From positions 1-64,000 of the IMG/VR virus record IMGVR_UViG_3300038393_000457: a DNA stretch of 64,000 nucleotides; one strand, 5' to 3'. The stretch comes from a virus. Taxonomy: Duplodnaviria > Caudoviricetes. The notes beneath the pieces are model-generated. The model had not been told where the DNA came from, searched no databases, and worked only from the letters and a program-made list of their open reading frames with translations. Positions 46,550 through 58,204 of this stretch are shown here, piece after piece (the first letter of the stretch is position 1; each line of letters opens with the position of its first letter). The position numbers and the translations under genes were made by a program.

Positions 46550-46855
46550 ATGAAAGTGAATGATAATGTTGGTTTCCGTCCAATTGGAAACCAAGTATTG
46601 ATTAGAGCAGAAGCAAATGCTTCGAAGAGTGCCGGTGGAATTTTAATTCCAGATAGCGCACAAGGTAGACCGACTGAAGGTGTTGTATTGGCAGTTGGTC
46701 AAGGTTCACGAAACGACAAGGGTGAATTGATCCCTCTTGACGTTAAGCCTGGCGATAAGATCATGTTTGGTAAGTTTACTGGCACCGAGCTTTCCTTGAA
46801 TGGAAATCGCTTGCTAATTATGAAAGAAACTGATATATTGGGTATTCTTAGTTAA
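46550..46855 (+). CDS. groES: co-chaperonin GroES
   Basis: RPIGNQV...SAGGILIPDSAQ...DVKPGD..FGKFTGTE...KETDILG. Confidence 0.95.
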   Translation: MKVNDNVGFRPIGNQVLIRAEANASKSAGGILIPDSAQGRPTEGVVLAVGQGSRNDKGELIPLDVKPGDKIMFGKFTGTELSLNGNRLLIMKETDILGILS

Positions 46856-46933
46856 AGAAAAGTGGTATAGCGGAGAAATCGTAGCCACCACTCCTTCGAC
46901 CAAAGGCGCTACATAAAGGTCGAAACAATTCAT

Positions 46934-47016
46934 GCACACGTCCCATAGCGGCCATTGGAGCAGACCCTTAATCTGTCGCGAAAGCATCGTCGGTTCGAGT
47001 CCGACCGTGTGTACCA
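46934..47016 (+). tRNA. trnK: tRNA-Lys(CTT), C33 and long variable arm
   Basis: gcaga-cccttaa-tctgt; ACCA. Confidence 0.8.
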
Positions 47017-47024
47017 ATTCTAAC

Positions 47025-47101
47025 GTCCTTGTGGTATAAAGGAATAGTGCCCCTCTTTCCTAAAGAGGTGTATGCAGGTTCGAATCCTGTCAAGGGCACC
47101 A
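47025..47101 (+). tRNA. trnR: tRNA-Arg(CCT)
   Basis: cctct-ttcctaa-agagg; ACCA. Confidence 0.9.
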
Positions 47102-47116
47102 AAAAGGTATTTTATT

Positions 47117-47506
47117 ATGAGCAAGATGAATAGACTGGGTAATGCCCACAACAAATATCAGAACTTCGATATGTATCCACGCGCACTATCCGTATGTTCT
47201 GCGGGTATGCTTCGCTCTCCAACAGCAGCTTGGGTTCTCTCAAATGACCCTTTCAATTTCAACACGCGCGCTGTTGGTGCCAGTGACGAATATGCATTGA
47301 TGGAAGTTGATGATGTTCATTTGGAATGGGCTGATTACGTCTTCTTTATGGAGGAGAAACATCACCGAGTTGTTAGTGAGAGATTTCCTAGCGTTCTTTC
47401 TGCCAAGAAATTTTTTGTATTGGATGTGCCGGACGATTTCCCGTATCGCCATCCTGAATTGGTGAAGATGATCACCGATAAGGTTAAGGGTGTTTTAGGT
47501 ATCTAA
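47117..47506 (+). CDS. low-molecular-weight protein-tyrosine-phosphatase-like protein
   Basis: VCSAGMLRSPTA CX5R loop; LDVPDDF. Confidence 0.8.
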   Translation: MSKMNRLGNAHNKYQNFDMYPRALSVCSAGMLRSPTAAWVLSNDPFNFNTRAVGASDEYALMEVDDVHLEWADYVFFMEEKHHRVVSERFPSVLSAKKFFVLDVPDDFPYRHPELVKMITDKVKGVLGI

Positions 47507-48435
47507 TGCCACACAAAACGCCATATCTTGTCAGGACCGAAGTAATAATCCATCACGATTGGAATCCAGAATTCGATCAAGATGCCTTATGTGTTTGTGG
47601 TCATCCATATGAGCGACATTTCGATGGTTACGAAAATATGGAACCTATTGGTTGCAAATATTGCCATTGCCATATGTTTGGCGATACCGTTGAAAAATGG
47701 GAAGAAAGAAATAGACTGAAATATTGGAATGAACCTGAAAAAGAGAATTTGTACAGAGTCATCTCACTTCAGGATTATAAAGAAAAGATTGAGAAAAACA
47801 GACAAGGTAATTGGAATCTAAAATTGGGTCATGGATATCCAATGAAAGACGGTAAGGTCTGTTACTTGGTTTTCTTGGGTGCATATGATATAAAGAAGCT
47901 ACCGTTTGAACCAGATGCATATTATTGGGTGGAGGAGGATTGATTATGCCGTGGCCAAAGAAGTGTGGAAATGGACGCCGTAAGAAGGGTAAGAAGAAGC
48001 GACTAAAGGCCTGGAGAAACAGGAACAAGAAGTCATGATGGATCACGAAAAGAACAATCCTTATATGCAGGAAAAGTTTGATTACTTTCCTCCTGCGTAT
48101 AAGATGACTCCACAAAGTCAGATAGAATCATTTCAGAAACGGTTCAGATATTTTAACCCAAAGTGTTCAGAAACAATTTTGGTGAATGAAACCTATAAAT
48201 TTTGTGTGGATTATGTTCAGGATACATTGGAAGACCGGATTGGAATGATATGATAAACATGCTTAATTCTGAAGCATATAAGAATGCACCAAAATTAATT
48301 CAACGTATTTGGGATAGATTCCCTGATAAGTCGGAATTGGAACTCTGTGATATCCTTATCAAAATGTGGTCCGAACAACCAACCTATGAAGATTGGAAAT
48401 GGTTTGATGAAACAGTTAAACGATATTCCAAGTAA
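47506..48435 (+). CDS. hypothetical proteins (47506-47943, 48035-48253, 48202-48435)
   Basis: ORF track, coupled. Confidence 0.45.
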
Positions 48436-48817
48436 TGAAATCTTTGTGTTCGGCAGCAACCTGCGGGGGATTCACGGTGCCGGGGCGGCGTTGTATGCCA
48501 AACGCTACTATGGAGCCGTTTATGGTGTTGGTGAAGGACGTACTGGTCAAGCTTATGCACTTCCAACTAAACGGACTCCATATCAATCATTGACATTGGC
48601 TGAAGTGGAAAATCATGTAACAAACTTCATCACATATGCCTATGAAAACCTCGATTTGCGTTTTATTGTAACACCTGTCGGATGTGGCCTAGCAGGGTTT
48701 CGTCATGAAGAAATTGGTCCCATGTTCACTTGTTCTCCAGACAATTGTATCCTTCCCAAAGGTTGGTGGCCATATAGTCTAGGTCAAAGATTGGAATATC
48801 ACGATAGGTCTGAATGA
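48347..48817 (+). CDS. macro-domain-like phage protein
   Basis: IFVFGSN..GIHGAGAA...YALPTK...TPVGCGLAG. Confidence 0.7.
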   Translation: MISLSKCGPNNQPMKIGNGLMKQLNDIPSNEIFVFGSNLRGIHGAGAALYAKRYYGAVYGVGEGRTGQAYALPTKRTPYQSLTLAEVENHVTNFITYAYENLDLRFIVTPVGCGLAGFRHEEIGPMFTCSPDNCILPKGWWPYSLGQRLEYHDRSE

Positions 48818-49001
48818 GAAGTAATCATCTGATACCACCAAACGCTCAACCAGGTGATTTCAACCTAAAAGGAAAACGAGGACCATTTCTTTTGAGTTGT
48901 GGTTGTTGTACAATCAGAAATCTCAAATGCCGTGAGCTAAATAAGATTGCCAAGAAAGAGTTGAAACAAGATTTGAACGAATATCATAATAAGGAAAAAT
49001 A

Positions 49002-50051
49002 ATGAGTCGTAATGTTCTTATTTCCGGCGGAGCCGGCTTCATTGCCCATACAGTTATTGGCCATCTGTTGAAGAATACAGATTGGAATATAGTAGCATTA
49101 GATAGGTTGGATTTTTCTGGCAACCTAAATCGTCTAGCAGACATGATGCAGGATTTTGATCCAGAAACACGTAAGAGGGTTCGTGTTGAGTTCCATGATC
49201 TAAGAGCGGAACTAAATCCTCAACTCATTCATCAAATTGGTCCCGTAGATATCGTGTTGCATTTGGCAGCAGGATCACACGTTGACCGCTCTATTGAATT
49301 CCCGATGGAATTCGTTCAGGACAATGTTGTTGGTACATGCAACATCCTGAATTATGCACGACAACAGGATAAGTTGGAACGCTTCGTCTATTTCTCTACC
49401 GATGAAGTGTTTGGTCCTGCTCCAGATGGGATTGCTTACAAGGAACGTGATCGTTACAATTCAACGAATCCTTATTCAGCATCAAAGGCCGCCGGCGAGG
49501 AGCTTTGTGTTGCTTTCGAGAACACTTATAAGATGCCGATCTTTGTCACCCATACAATGAACGTCTTTGGTCAGAGGCAACATCCGGAAAAATTCATCCC
49601 GATGGCTATCCAGAAGGTTCGTGACGGAGAGACTGTCAGCATCCATTCCGATAGCACTAGAACAAAGCCAGGTTCTCGTCATTACATCCATGCAGAAGAC
49701 GTAGCGAGCGGTCTCCTTCATCTTCTGCATCTTCCAGACAATTGGAATAATAGTTTGGCAGCACAAGCAAACTGGGATCTTGGCGGTGCGCATTGTCCTA
49801 AGTTCAATCTTGTTGGCAAGGAAGAGATTGACAATCTTACACTAGCACGTTATATTGCTGAGGCTCAAAACAAGCCATTGAACTATGAGCTTGTTGACTT
49901 CCATTCATCAAGACCCGGACATGACTTGCGTTATGCATTGTCTGGTGACTATATGCGTAAGCTTGGATGGGAACCACAAATTTCTCTCAAGGAACGCATT
50001 ACGGAAGTGGTTGATTGGACCCTTAAAAACCCTCGTTGGTTACGTCGTTAA
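49002..50051 (+). CDS. rmlB: dTDP-glucose 4,6-dehydratase (RmlB-like)
   Basis: GGAGFI, AAGSHVDRSI, STDEVFG, YSASK. Confidence 0.9.
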   Translation: MSRNVLISGGAGFIAHTVIGHLLKNTDWNIVALDRLDFSGNLNRLADMMQDFDPETRKRVRVEFHDLRAELNPQLIHQIGPVDIVLHLAAGSHVDRSIEFPMEFVQDNVVGTCNILNYARQQDKLERFVYFSTDEVFGPAPDGIAYKERDRYNSTNPYSASKAAGEELCVAFENTYKMPIFVTHTMNVFGQRQHPEKFIPMAIQKVRDGETVSIHSDSTRTKPGSRHYIHAEDVASGLLHLLHLPDNWNNSLAAQANWDLGGAHCPKFNLVGKEEIDNLTLARYIAEAQNKPLNYELVDFHSSRPGHDLRYALSGDYMRKLGWEPQISLKERITEVVDWTLKNPRWLRR

Positions 50052-50097
50052 TCCGCGACAGACAAGCTTTTAACGTATTATTTATGGTTTCAGATAA

Positions 50098-50805
50098 ATG
50101 AAATATACATTCATAGTAACAAGCGCGGTCAATTCCAAATTCGGCAAGTTTAGTCCTGCCGAACGTTTGATCGACACTGAGAAGACAATTCAATCAGTCC
50201 AGGAAAAAGCACCTGAGGCTGATATTGTTTTGGTTGACATGTGTGGTGACCCTCTAACTGAGGATCAGAAGAAACGTCTTGCGGCACAAGTCACCGAAAT
50301 TGTAGACTATTCTGGTGTTCCTGATGTACAGGCAATCTATCAGATTCCAAATCATGATATCGTGAAGAACCTGACGGAAATGCTTTGCTTTGAAAGCCTG
50401 CTTCGTTCCAAGAACTGGAAGAAGTATGACCGCGTGTTCAAGATTTCTGGACGCTATCAATTGACCGACAAATTCAACATCGATGATTACAAGACTATGG
50501 GAACCCGGATTGTATTTTCTGGTATTCACAAAAGTCAATTCGACCCCGCAGTCACCGGTAATCCTCCAGAAGATAACTTTCAGTTTATGAGTCGCCTCTG
50601 GTCGTTTCCAACATCATTGATAAATGAAATCACTGACGCATATTCCGCTATGGTGAAGAACATGGTGGAACGTATCAATTCTGGTGGATATATTGATATT
50701 GAACACCTGTTATACAAGCATATGCCAATAAACAATATCTCCTTTAAGATTCCGATTGGTTTGACTGGTGGCATTGCCCCTAATGGAATGGTTGTGAATG
50801 ATTAA
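50098..50805 (+). CDS. hypothetical protein, glycosyltransferase-like
   Basis: FKISGRY motif, position in sugar cluster. Confidence 0.5.
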   Translation: MKYTFIVTSAVNSKFGKFSPAERLIDTEKTIQSVQEKAPEADIVLVDMCGDPLTEDQKKRLAAQVTEIVDYSGVPDVQAIYQIPNHDIVKNLTEMLCFESLLRSKNWKKYDRVFKISGRYQLTDKFNIDDYKTMGTRIVFSGIHKSQFDPAVTGNPPEDNFQFMSRLWSFPTSLINEITDAYSAMVKNMVERINSGGYIDIEHLLYKHMPINNISFKIPIGLTGGIAPNGMVVND

Positions 50806-51832
50806 GAAACGTATTCTTATTGTTGGTGGTGAAGGTTATATTGGTTCTTATCTTTGTAATAACCTTCAGTATCAGTATGATATACTATCAATCGACCTTG
50901 GCTGGTTTACACCAGATTCATGGAGAGCCTCAAGCCGTAGACCATCTGCTAAGAAAGTAACTTTTGTTCATGGTAGGATAACAACAGATTTAATTTTACC
51001 AATAGAAAGTTTTGATGCAATAATTTGGGTGGCAGGTCATTCCAGCGTCAAAATGTGTGAAAATGATTTCAATAGCGCCTATGAAAATAATGTCGTTGAA
51101 TTTACTGGTTTTCTCGATGAATATATTAATACGTATAGAGATAGACGGCCACTTTTGATATTTACATCAAGTTCAAGTGTGTATGGTAATGTGGATCGTA
51201 TGGCAATTGAGACTGAAGTTGACGATGGAAACATCCGAGGTCCATATGATCAGACAATGCGCCTGCGTGAAATTGATGCCAACAAGACGATGAAGAATGG
51301 TTGCAATAAAATTATCGGTTTAAGACTTGGCACCGTTTGTGGGTTTTCTCCAAACCAAAGAGAAGAATTGATGCTCAATAGCATGGTGCATTCTGGTCTC
51401 ACAGAAGGTAAAATCTACTATTCGAATCCAGACACAAAGAGAGCTATTCTAGACCTGGATGATTTATCTGATATCATTGATACGATTCTCGACAAATATT
51501 TCGATGACGAATATCAGGCAACCATTGATGATGGAAATTTTGCAGGTCTGTATAATACATCATCCTACAATTCTACAGTCGGTGAATTAGCTGAAATTTG
51601 TTTAGATACCATGAGGAATAGAGGATTTAAGGTTGAATTGGTAGAATCTGATGCTCCAGCTTCCCCCTATTCATTTCATTTGGATCGATCTTTATTCCGA
51701 AAAAGATTGGGATTTATTAATAATTCTATAACTCCTAAAAATACAATCAATACCATCATTGATGGATATCTGAATAAGCCTTCGTACTATAATTTTGGTG
51801 ATAGAAATGAGCCACGACACTTCCGATACTAA
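50798..51832 (+). CDS. extended SDR NAD-dependent epimerase/dehydratase
   Basis: GGEGYIG, SSSSVYG, GLRLGTVCG. Confidence 0.85.
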   Translation: MIKKRILIVGGEGYIGSYLCNNLQYQYDILSIDLGWFTPDSWRASSRRPSAKKVTFVHGRITTDLILPIESFDAIIWVAGHSSVKMCENDFNSAYENNVVEFTGFLDEYINTYRDRRPLLIFTSSSSVYGNVDRMAIETEVDDGNIRGPYDQTMRLREIDANKTMKNGCNKIIGLRLGTVCGFSPNQREELMLNSMVHSGLTEGKIYYSNPDTKRAILDLDDLSDIIDTILDKYFDDEYQATIDDGNFAGLYNTSSYNSTVGELAEICLDTMRNRGFKVELVESDAPASPYSFHLDRSLFRKRLGFINNSITPKNTINTIIDGYLNKPSYYNFGDRNEPRHFRY

Positions 51833-53093
51833 ACATTTGCTGAATTGCCTTGCATGTGGATCAAACAAGCTCAAGAATATCCTTGATTTGGGGGAGCAAC
51901 CTCTAGCCAATTCATATGTCAAGAACATCAATGATCCAGAATCAAAATATCCTCTGGCATTGAATGTTTGTGAAGAATGTTTCCACTGTCAGTTGTCTCA
52001 TGCCGTCAATCCAGATTTGATGTTCAAACATTATCTCTATGTTTCTGGAACATCTCAGACGCTCAAAGATTACTTCAAGTGGTTTGCCCAGTTTGCTTAC
52101 AATGTATGCTATCAACGCAATACGTTATACAAACCAAAGACTTTCCTCGATATTGCGTGTAATGATGGAACACAATTGGATGTTGTCAGAGAAATCTATC
52201 CTACACAATTAATGACTTTTGGTATTGACCCAGCAAGGAATCTCTTTGAAAAGACTTCAAAGAACCATGTTGTGATTTGTGACTATTTGAACGAAAATAG
52301 TGTAAAGGCTCTTCTTGGTGAAGCAAAGAGTTATGGTGAAGGACCATTTGATATTATCAATGCTCAGAACGTCTTTGCTCATAATGACAATCCAATGAAA
52401 TTTCTGGAATGTTGTCGTGAAATGATGCATGGTGATAGCTTCTTGTTCATTCAAAATTCACAGACATACATGATCGAAAATGGTGAATTCGACACCATGT
52501 ACCATGAACACATTAGTTTTTGGAATATGTCTTCAATGTCAATGGTAGCAGCCATGGCAGGTTTGAGAGTTGTTGATCGAATTCGAGTCCCTGTCCATGG
52601 AGTTTCCGATCTCTTCATTCTCCAGAAGAAGAATATCTTTGAACCATTCGGTTATTTTAGAGCCGATAACGCTCTTGCAATGGAGAATCTTGATGGAATG
52701 CATAATCTTAGTAAATATGTTGCATTTGGTTATAAAGCGGATGAAGTAATAACAGAATTTGCTGCTGCATTAGAAATGATGCGGCAGAAGCATCCTAATT
52801 TCCTATTTGTTGGATTTGGTGCCGCTGCTAAAGGAAATACATTTCTTAATGCTGGAAATTTCAAGTTGGATTATGTAATCGATGAAAATCCATTGAAACA
52901 AGGACTCTATACTCCTGGTACTCACATTCCGATTGTTGGTCCAGAATTACTACAGACAAACAACAATCTTGTCGTTATCCCTCTTGCCTGGAATTTCAAG
53001 GAAGAAATTTTCAAGAAAATCAAGGCGGCAAGACCAAATCGCATTGATCATTACATCACCTATTTCCCTAAAGTTAATACTGGAATTATTTGA
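51795..53093 (+). CDS. NDP-hexose C-methyltransferase (zinc-binding Methyltransf_13/14 type)
   Basis: CLACGS...DLGEQPLAN...CEEC; DIACNDG; NVFAH; YHEH; GAAAKGNT. Confidence 0.9.
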   Translation: MVIEMSHDTSDTKHLLNCLACGSNKLKNILDLGEQPLANSYVKNINDPESKYPLALNVCEECFHCQLSHAVNPDLMFKHYLYVSGTSQTLKDYFKWFAQFAYNVCYQRNTLYKPKTFLDIACNDGTQLDVVREIYPTQLMTFGIDPARNLFEKTSKNHVVICDYLNENSVKALLGEAKSYGEGPFDIINAQNVFAHNDNPMKFLECCREMMHGDSFLFIQNSQTYMIENGEFDTMYHEHISFWNMSSMSMVAAMAGLRVVDRIRVPVHGVSDLFILQKKNIFEPFGYFRADNALAMENLDGMHNLSKYVAFGYKADEVITEFAAALEMMRQKHPNFLFVGFGAAAKGNTFLNAGNFKLDYVIDENPLKQGLYTPGTHIPIVGPELLQTNNNLVVIPLAWNFKEEIFKKIKAARPNRIDHYITYFPKVNTGII

Positions 53094-53851
53094 TGGAAAA
53101 GACACTTTTATGTCATTTTTTTAATGAGGAATTTCTTTTGTATGATTGGTTAGAACATCATACCAAGATATTCGATAAGATCATTATGATTGACTACCAA
53201 TCGACAGATCAATCTACTGATCTTATCGAATATTGGTATAAACACAGCCCAAAAGCGGATATCAAATATGTTGAATCTAGCAATAAAGATTTTGGTGCCA
53301 TGAATGTTGACTTAGAAGTAGAACGTTACGAACATACGTTAGATGGTTGGCGTATGTGTCTCAATGTAACAGAGTTTCTCCATGGGGATTTCTCCGTGTT
53401 GACTGAACAACCCAGCCAGCATGTGGTTCCAAGCTTTATGGTAGTCGATGATCAGTTTCGGGATTATCCAGAAACTTTGAATCTCGACAATGCAAATAAT
53501 GGGATACCACATTGGGTTTGGAACGAACGTGCTGGTAGGTCGTTCCACAATTTCAACAATACCTACCCAAAACCAGGTAGACACTACTTTGTTGATCCAT
53601 CACAATATTCAAAGGATTTTGTCATTTTCCATTATGGTTGGTATCCAATGTGTGATGCCACACTAAACCGTAAACTTCAAATCCAAACAAGGATACCAGA
53701 AACAGATAAAAATAATCGTTTGGGATGGCATCATATCACAGATCGTGAATCATTACTAAATAAATGGAAGAATGATTATCTCACTAAAATAAAGAACCAT
53801 TCTGAATATTTAGATTATTGGAGAAAAAGGACCAAAAAATGTGCGTCGTAA
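53090..53851 (+). CDS. GT-A fold glycosyltransferase (GT2/GT92-like)
   Basis: FFNEEFLL..WLEHH...IDYQSTD. Confidence 0.7.
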   Translation: MMEKTLLCHFFNEEFLLYDWLEHHTKIFDKIIMIDYQSTDQSTDLIEYWYKHSPKADIKYVESSNKDFGAMNVDLEVERYEHTLDGWRMCLNVTEFLHGDFSVLTEQPSQHVVPSFMVVDDQFRDYPETLNLDNANNGIPHWVWNERAGRSFHNFNNTYPKPGRHYFVDPSQYSKDFVIFHYGWYPMCDATLNRKLQIQTRIPETDKNNRLGWHHITDRESLLNKWKNDYLTKIKNHSEYLDYWRKRTKKCAS

Positions 53852-56800
53852 GTATGATTTCCGATCATTATGATAAAAAATGGGATGAAGAATATAAGAA
53901 AATTATTCAACAACCACATCCTGGTACATTATATCCACCAACTACTATTATGCCAATTGATACGAGTGGAATGGCACCAATTTTTACTCAAATCTCTCGC
54001 ACAGAATTTGAAAACCTCAAGAAACAAGTTGAGGAGATGCGGGAATTATTGACAAAGGCACTTGCCTATGACAGAATGACTAATCAAGCCGAATGCTCAA
54101 ACGAGGAGAAACTTGATCGGTTGGAAAAGGTTGCTAAATTTGTAGGGATCGATTGTGATGATCTATTCAAGGAACTCCGAAAGGTCCATGCAAAGAAGCC
54201 AAGGAAACGTAGACGTAAGACAACAAGGAAGACACTTCCGAATCTATAAATTTGTCCCTGTGCTCGGAATTGGTAGACGGCACAAACTTAAAATTTGATG
54301 GGCTTCGGCCGTGGGGGTTCAAGTCCCTCCAGGGACACCAAAAATTGCGCCTGTCGGCAACTGGAAAGTCGGCTGGTCTTCTAAACCGGCATAGTATCCG
54401 TTCGAATCGGATCAGGCGCACCATTATTAACTTTAAGGTTACATGTGGCAAATAGCAATTCTTTATTTTGAGTTAAATAAATGATAACACCAATAAATTC
54501 AAATGAAAAATGTTATATTAATCTAACCATTGCTGATTTTGGTCATGGTGTATCACTCAATTTAGATAGTGATGGAAGACTTCGTATCTACAAAAATTGT
54601 GGAACTATTGTGATCGATTGTAATCAGGGTCAATATGGTAAAGCTTTTGCGGAAATGATCCGAAAAGCCTTGTTGGTAACCCATGAACCAGAAATTGATG
54701 ATGAAGTTATTGTACGTACTCGTGTAGGTACAATTCATAAGGTGATCAATTCTGGAATAAAGAAGTTTTATCTTGTGAGATTTGGTGATAATATGTGCCG
54801 TGAGATTATCAATTGGCACGACAAATGGAACGTGTTTATCAATCCAGCAGAATCTATAATGGTAAATCGTGAGCAGATTACGCTTGTCAAGTCACCTAAA
54901 GTTGATACGGCGGCAACATTAGAGACAATGCAATTGATAGCCGATCCTAAATTATACCTAACAAAGAATCCACAATGGGCTAGTCTCCATGCCTTCTAAA
55001 AACGATCCTGTAATCTTTACCCCTGTCTTTCCATCTTCTCTATTTGATTGGTTTCCAGATATTAAAAAAGGACTTACATCTGTTCCAAAGATCGTTGAAT
55101 TTTATCAAAAACGAGGCTCCAGGAGAACGCCAATTGATTTGAATGGTCAAATCAAAATCGAATCTATTGAAACCAAAAAAATTATTGTAGGATTTGCAGA
55201 AGGTGGCGCAAAAGATTATACCTCTTATCATATCAAGGAAGATGACCTTATGGATGACCTTATGAAAGGTTGGTTTATTTTTGTAATGCATAATGAGGAG
55301 CGATATCAACAAGAAATCGACCTCCTTAACGAACGCTTGACATGTGGTCAGAGTTGCCGTAAAGTCGCGAAAGATCAATAAGAAAGCGGGAAACATGGCC
55401 AGACAGAAAAAAATGGGCAAGCTTGCTATTGCCATGACAGAAAGGCAGTTTGTTGGTCCCGAGCCAATGTGGTCTGGAATGGCCACCCAAAACCAACTTG
55501 TTCACTATTACAATTGGTGCAGCTACCGCTTCGAAGCAAAGGAAACCAAGGAATTTGTCATCTCCTATCTTGAGAAGAATGGAGAGGATACAGGAAGACT
55601 CCGGGAGCTTCCTGCGGAACTGTTCATGACGCTCGGCGCTACAGCACGGCTACATGACTCTGGCAGGCAAGTACCTCTTGATGTGATGGAACGCTTCAGA
55701 GACAAGATTACGACGCTCCGCGAGCGGTCCCCAAGTGTCGAGACTAGCACAAAACGTGCGACCTCTGTTGCCAATGACAATAACTTTCGGGAAGCCTGCA
55801 TCTTTGCTGATCGCGTCTTTGATCAGTTGGTGATCCATTATGATTACACGGAAGAGATGCGTAAAGATGTGGATAATGGAATCGTGACCAAGAAGGTTGC
55901 AGATTCCTTGATTCCTCAGTATCGCAAGGAACTTGCCGAGATTGAGCTTGCATTGTCTGGCAAGGACCCAGAAATTGCGGAAGGTTTCATGCATTACGAC
56001 CGAAAGGACCTCAAGCGTCTTTGTGTCGGAATGGATGACTTCATTTCACATCTTAGTGTTCTGGCTCTCAAGGAAGAACCGAAGATCAAGAAAGCGCGCA
56101 AGCAGCGGATCAGTCGGCCGAAGTCTCCCGACAAGCAAATCAAGAAATTAAAATTCGCCAGAAATGACGATAAATATAAATTGAACAGTATCGATCCTCG
56201 CTCTATCGTCGGAGCAGCAGAGTTGTGGTTGTTCAATGGAGAATATCGAAAGCTAACGGTTCTCCGAGCCGCTGATAATATGCAAGGTCTTTCTGTCAAA
56301 GGCTCCACAATTTGTGGATTTGATGACAAGAATTCCTTTTCAAAGCGTGTTCGTAAGCCGGAAGTCATCCTGCCTGAGATAATGAATGGCGGTAAAGTCT
56401 CTGCCCGCAAGGCTTTCGAGGGGTTGAAGACGCAATTGATTGAAGCGAAAGGCCGTGTCAACGCCGATACAATCTTGATGCGAGTCTTCCGATAGGAGAA
56501 TAATGGAAGAGACTACTGAACAACAAGAACAAGAAACCAAAGTAGTACAATTCAATAGAATTGGTAAGAAAAAACCTCAAGAAAAGAAGTTGATAAACTG
56601 GTCGGCTTCTAATGAAGAGGAAGCAATCTATAACAGAGCCGTCAATGTTATTGACGCACATACGGACAATATGATTGACGTTCTCGCCTCCTATATGAAG
56701 GAGAACGAGATCATTGACCCAGAAAAATTGAGTGTCGGTGAATTCAAGGATATGGTGCTTGTCAAAGAGGCACTAAAATCCTTGATGTTTCGCGTCTTGG

Positions 56801-57664
56801 GTTTCGAGCATGAATTGCAAACCATCGTGGAAAATTTTATGGAAATTCCTCTACCAACCGAAGAGGAATTAAATGGTGAAGAAAATAATGAGTGATTCAT
56901 ATCATGATGGCTATATCTCCAATTATATAATGACTGGGGGTACATTTGAAGAATACAAGAAATTTCTGGTTAATGTTTCCAAATTAACCAAAGATTTGGA
57001 AACAGCCAAACCATATATCACCAAAGCTATTGAAATTGCTGAAAGTCTGGAATCTCATAGAGGTTTCGAGGAATACAAATATGAAGGCCCAAATATGACC
57101 GATTTGTTGCAACTGATCAAGTATCAGTTGTACGATCTAGCTAAGTATACCGATGTGAAATTAGAGGATTAATCAAAACCAATGAAACAGTTTAGTGAAG
57201 TATTTGACGAAATTAAAGCTGCCAGACGTAAGCATGATAAGATTGCCGTTATGGTAAAGTATGGAACCAACGATTATAACTACCCTTCAGCAAGGACGTT
57301 TCAGGCTATGTTGCTTGGCAACTTCCATCCTGGAGTTAGATTCGATACACCGATCCCTGACTATAAGCCCATGGATGTACCGGTGACGTTCGGCTACACG
57401 AGCCTTTACGATGCTATGCAGCGTATCTATATCTTTCAGACTAATGACTCGGTCATTCGTGATCTATGGCGACCACAGAACCCAAGATCATCCGTTCTCC
57501 CTGTTACCAGAAAGACGGAAATTTTGATCCAGATATTGGAAGGTCTCCAGAAAGATGATGCGGTTGTGTTGTCAAATCTCTTGACCAAGAATTTCCAGAA
57601 AGCTTATGGTATTACGGAAGCGATGGTCAGAGAAGCATTTCCGGGTCTACTTGGACCGAACTAA
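53818..57664 (+). CDS. run of hypothetical proteins (53818-54249, 54481-54999, 54989-55381, 55344-56495, 56503-56895, 56873-57172, 57182-57664)
   Basis: contiguous same-strand ORFs; 55344-56495 and 57182-57664 resemble conserved T4-like hypotheticals. Confidence 0.55.
54254..54340 (+). tRNA. trnL: tRNA-Leu(TAA)
   Basis: loop cttaaaa; class II; ACCA. Confidence 0.9.
54347..54423 (+). tRNA. trnR: tRNA-Arg(TCT)
   Basis: ctggt-cttctaa-accgg; ACCA. Confidence 0.9.
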
Positions 57665-57752
57665 AGATTATTCGGCTCAGAGACGTTTTAATAATGGAAG
57701 GTGCCGAATAAGCATTTTGTCATGATATATCTTACCAACACTAGGAGTATCC

Positions 57753-58163
57753 ATGACAAAGAAAAAGCTCAAAGCTCTAAAGCGTGCATACGAAGAATGT
57801 GAGGATGATACCGACGTATTCTTTCCAAGAAAATCTGATATAAAGCATTGGTTTGATTTCATAAATGAAATGATGTTCAATGGTCTCGTGGAACGTCCAT
57901 CGTATATAGAGATCAAAAGGATGCGAGATTTGGGGCAGGCAGAAGGGGATTTAGATACCGGGGTCACCTACATGAGACTCAGGGATCGCTTCCGTGCCGT
58001 ATCTCAACGTAACCTCATCGCTTCCGCGTCACAGATGTTCATCTCTACAGTCGCACACGAGATGGTCCATTTATGGCAATTTCAAACTGATTATACCATG
58101 AATCATGGTCGAGGTTTTCAAGAATGGAAAACCAAATTTAAAAAAATTGGAATCATCATATAA
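57753..58163 (+). CDS. SprT-like zinc metalloprotease
   Basis: TVAHEMVHLWQ...HGRGF..W. Confidence 0.8.
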   Translation: MTKKKLKALKRAYEECEDDTDVFFPRKSDIKHWFDFINEMMFNGLVERPSYIEIKRMRDLGQAEGDLDTGVTYMRLRDRFRAVSQRNLIASASQMFISTVAHEMVHLWQFQTDYTMNHGRGFQEWKTKFKKIGIII

Positions 58164-58165
58164 AG

Positions 58166-58204
58166 AGAACCCCGGGAGTCTAAGAAGTCCCGGGGTTCTT
58201 TTCT
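58166..58204. terminator. bidirectional terminator at the strand switch
   Basis: agaaccccggga/tcccggggttct with U-runs on both sides. Confidence 0.8.
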
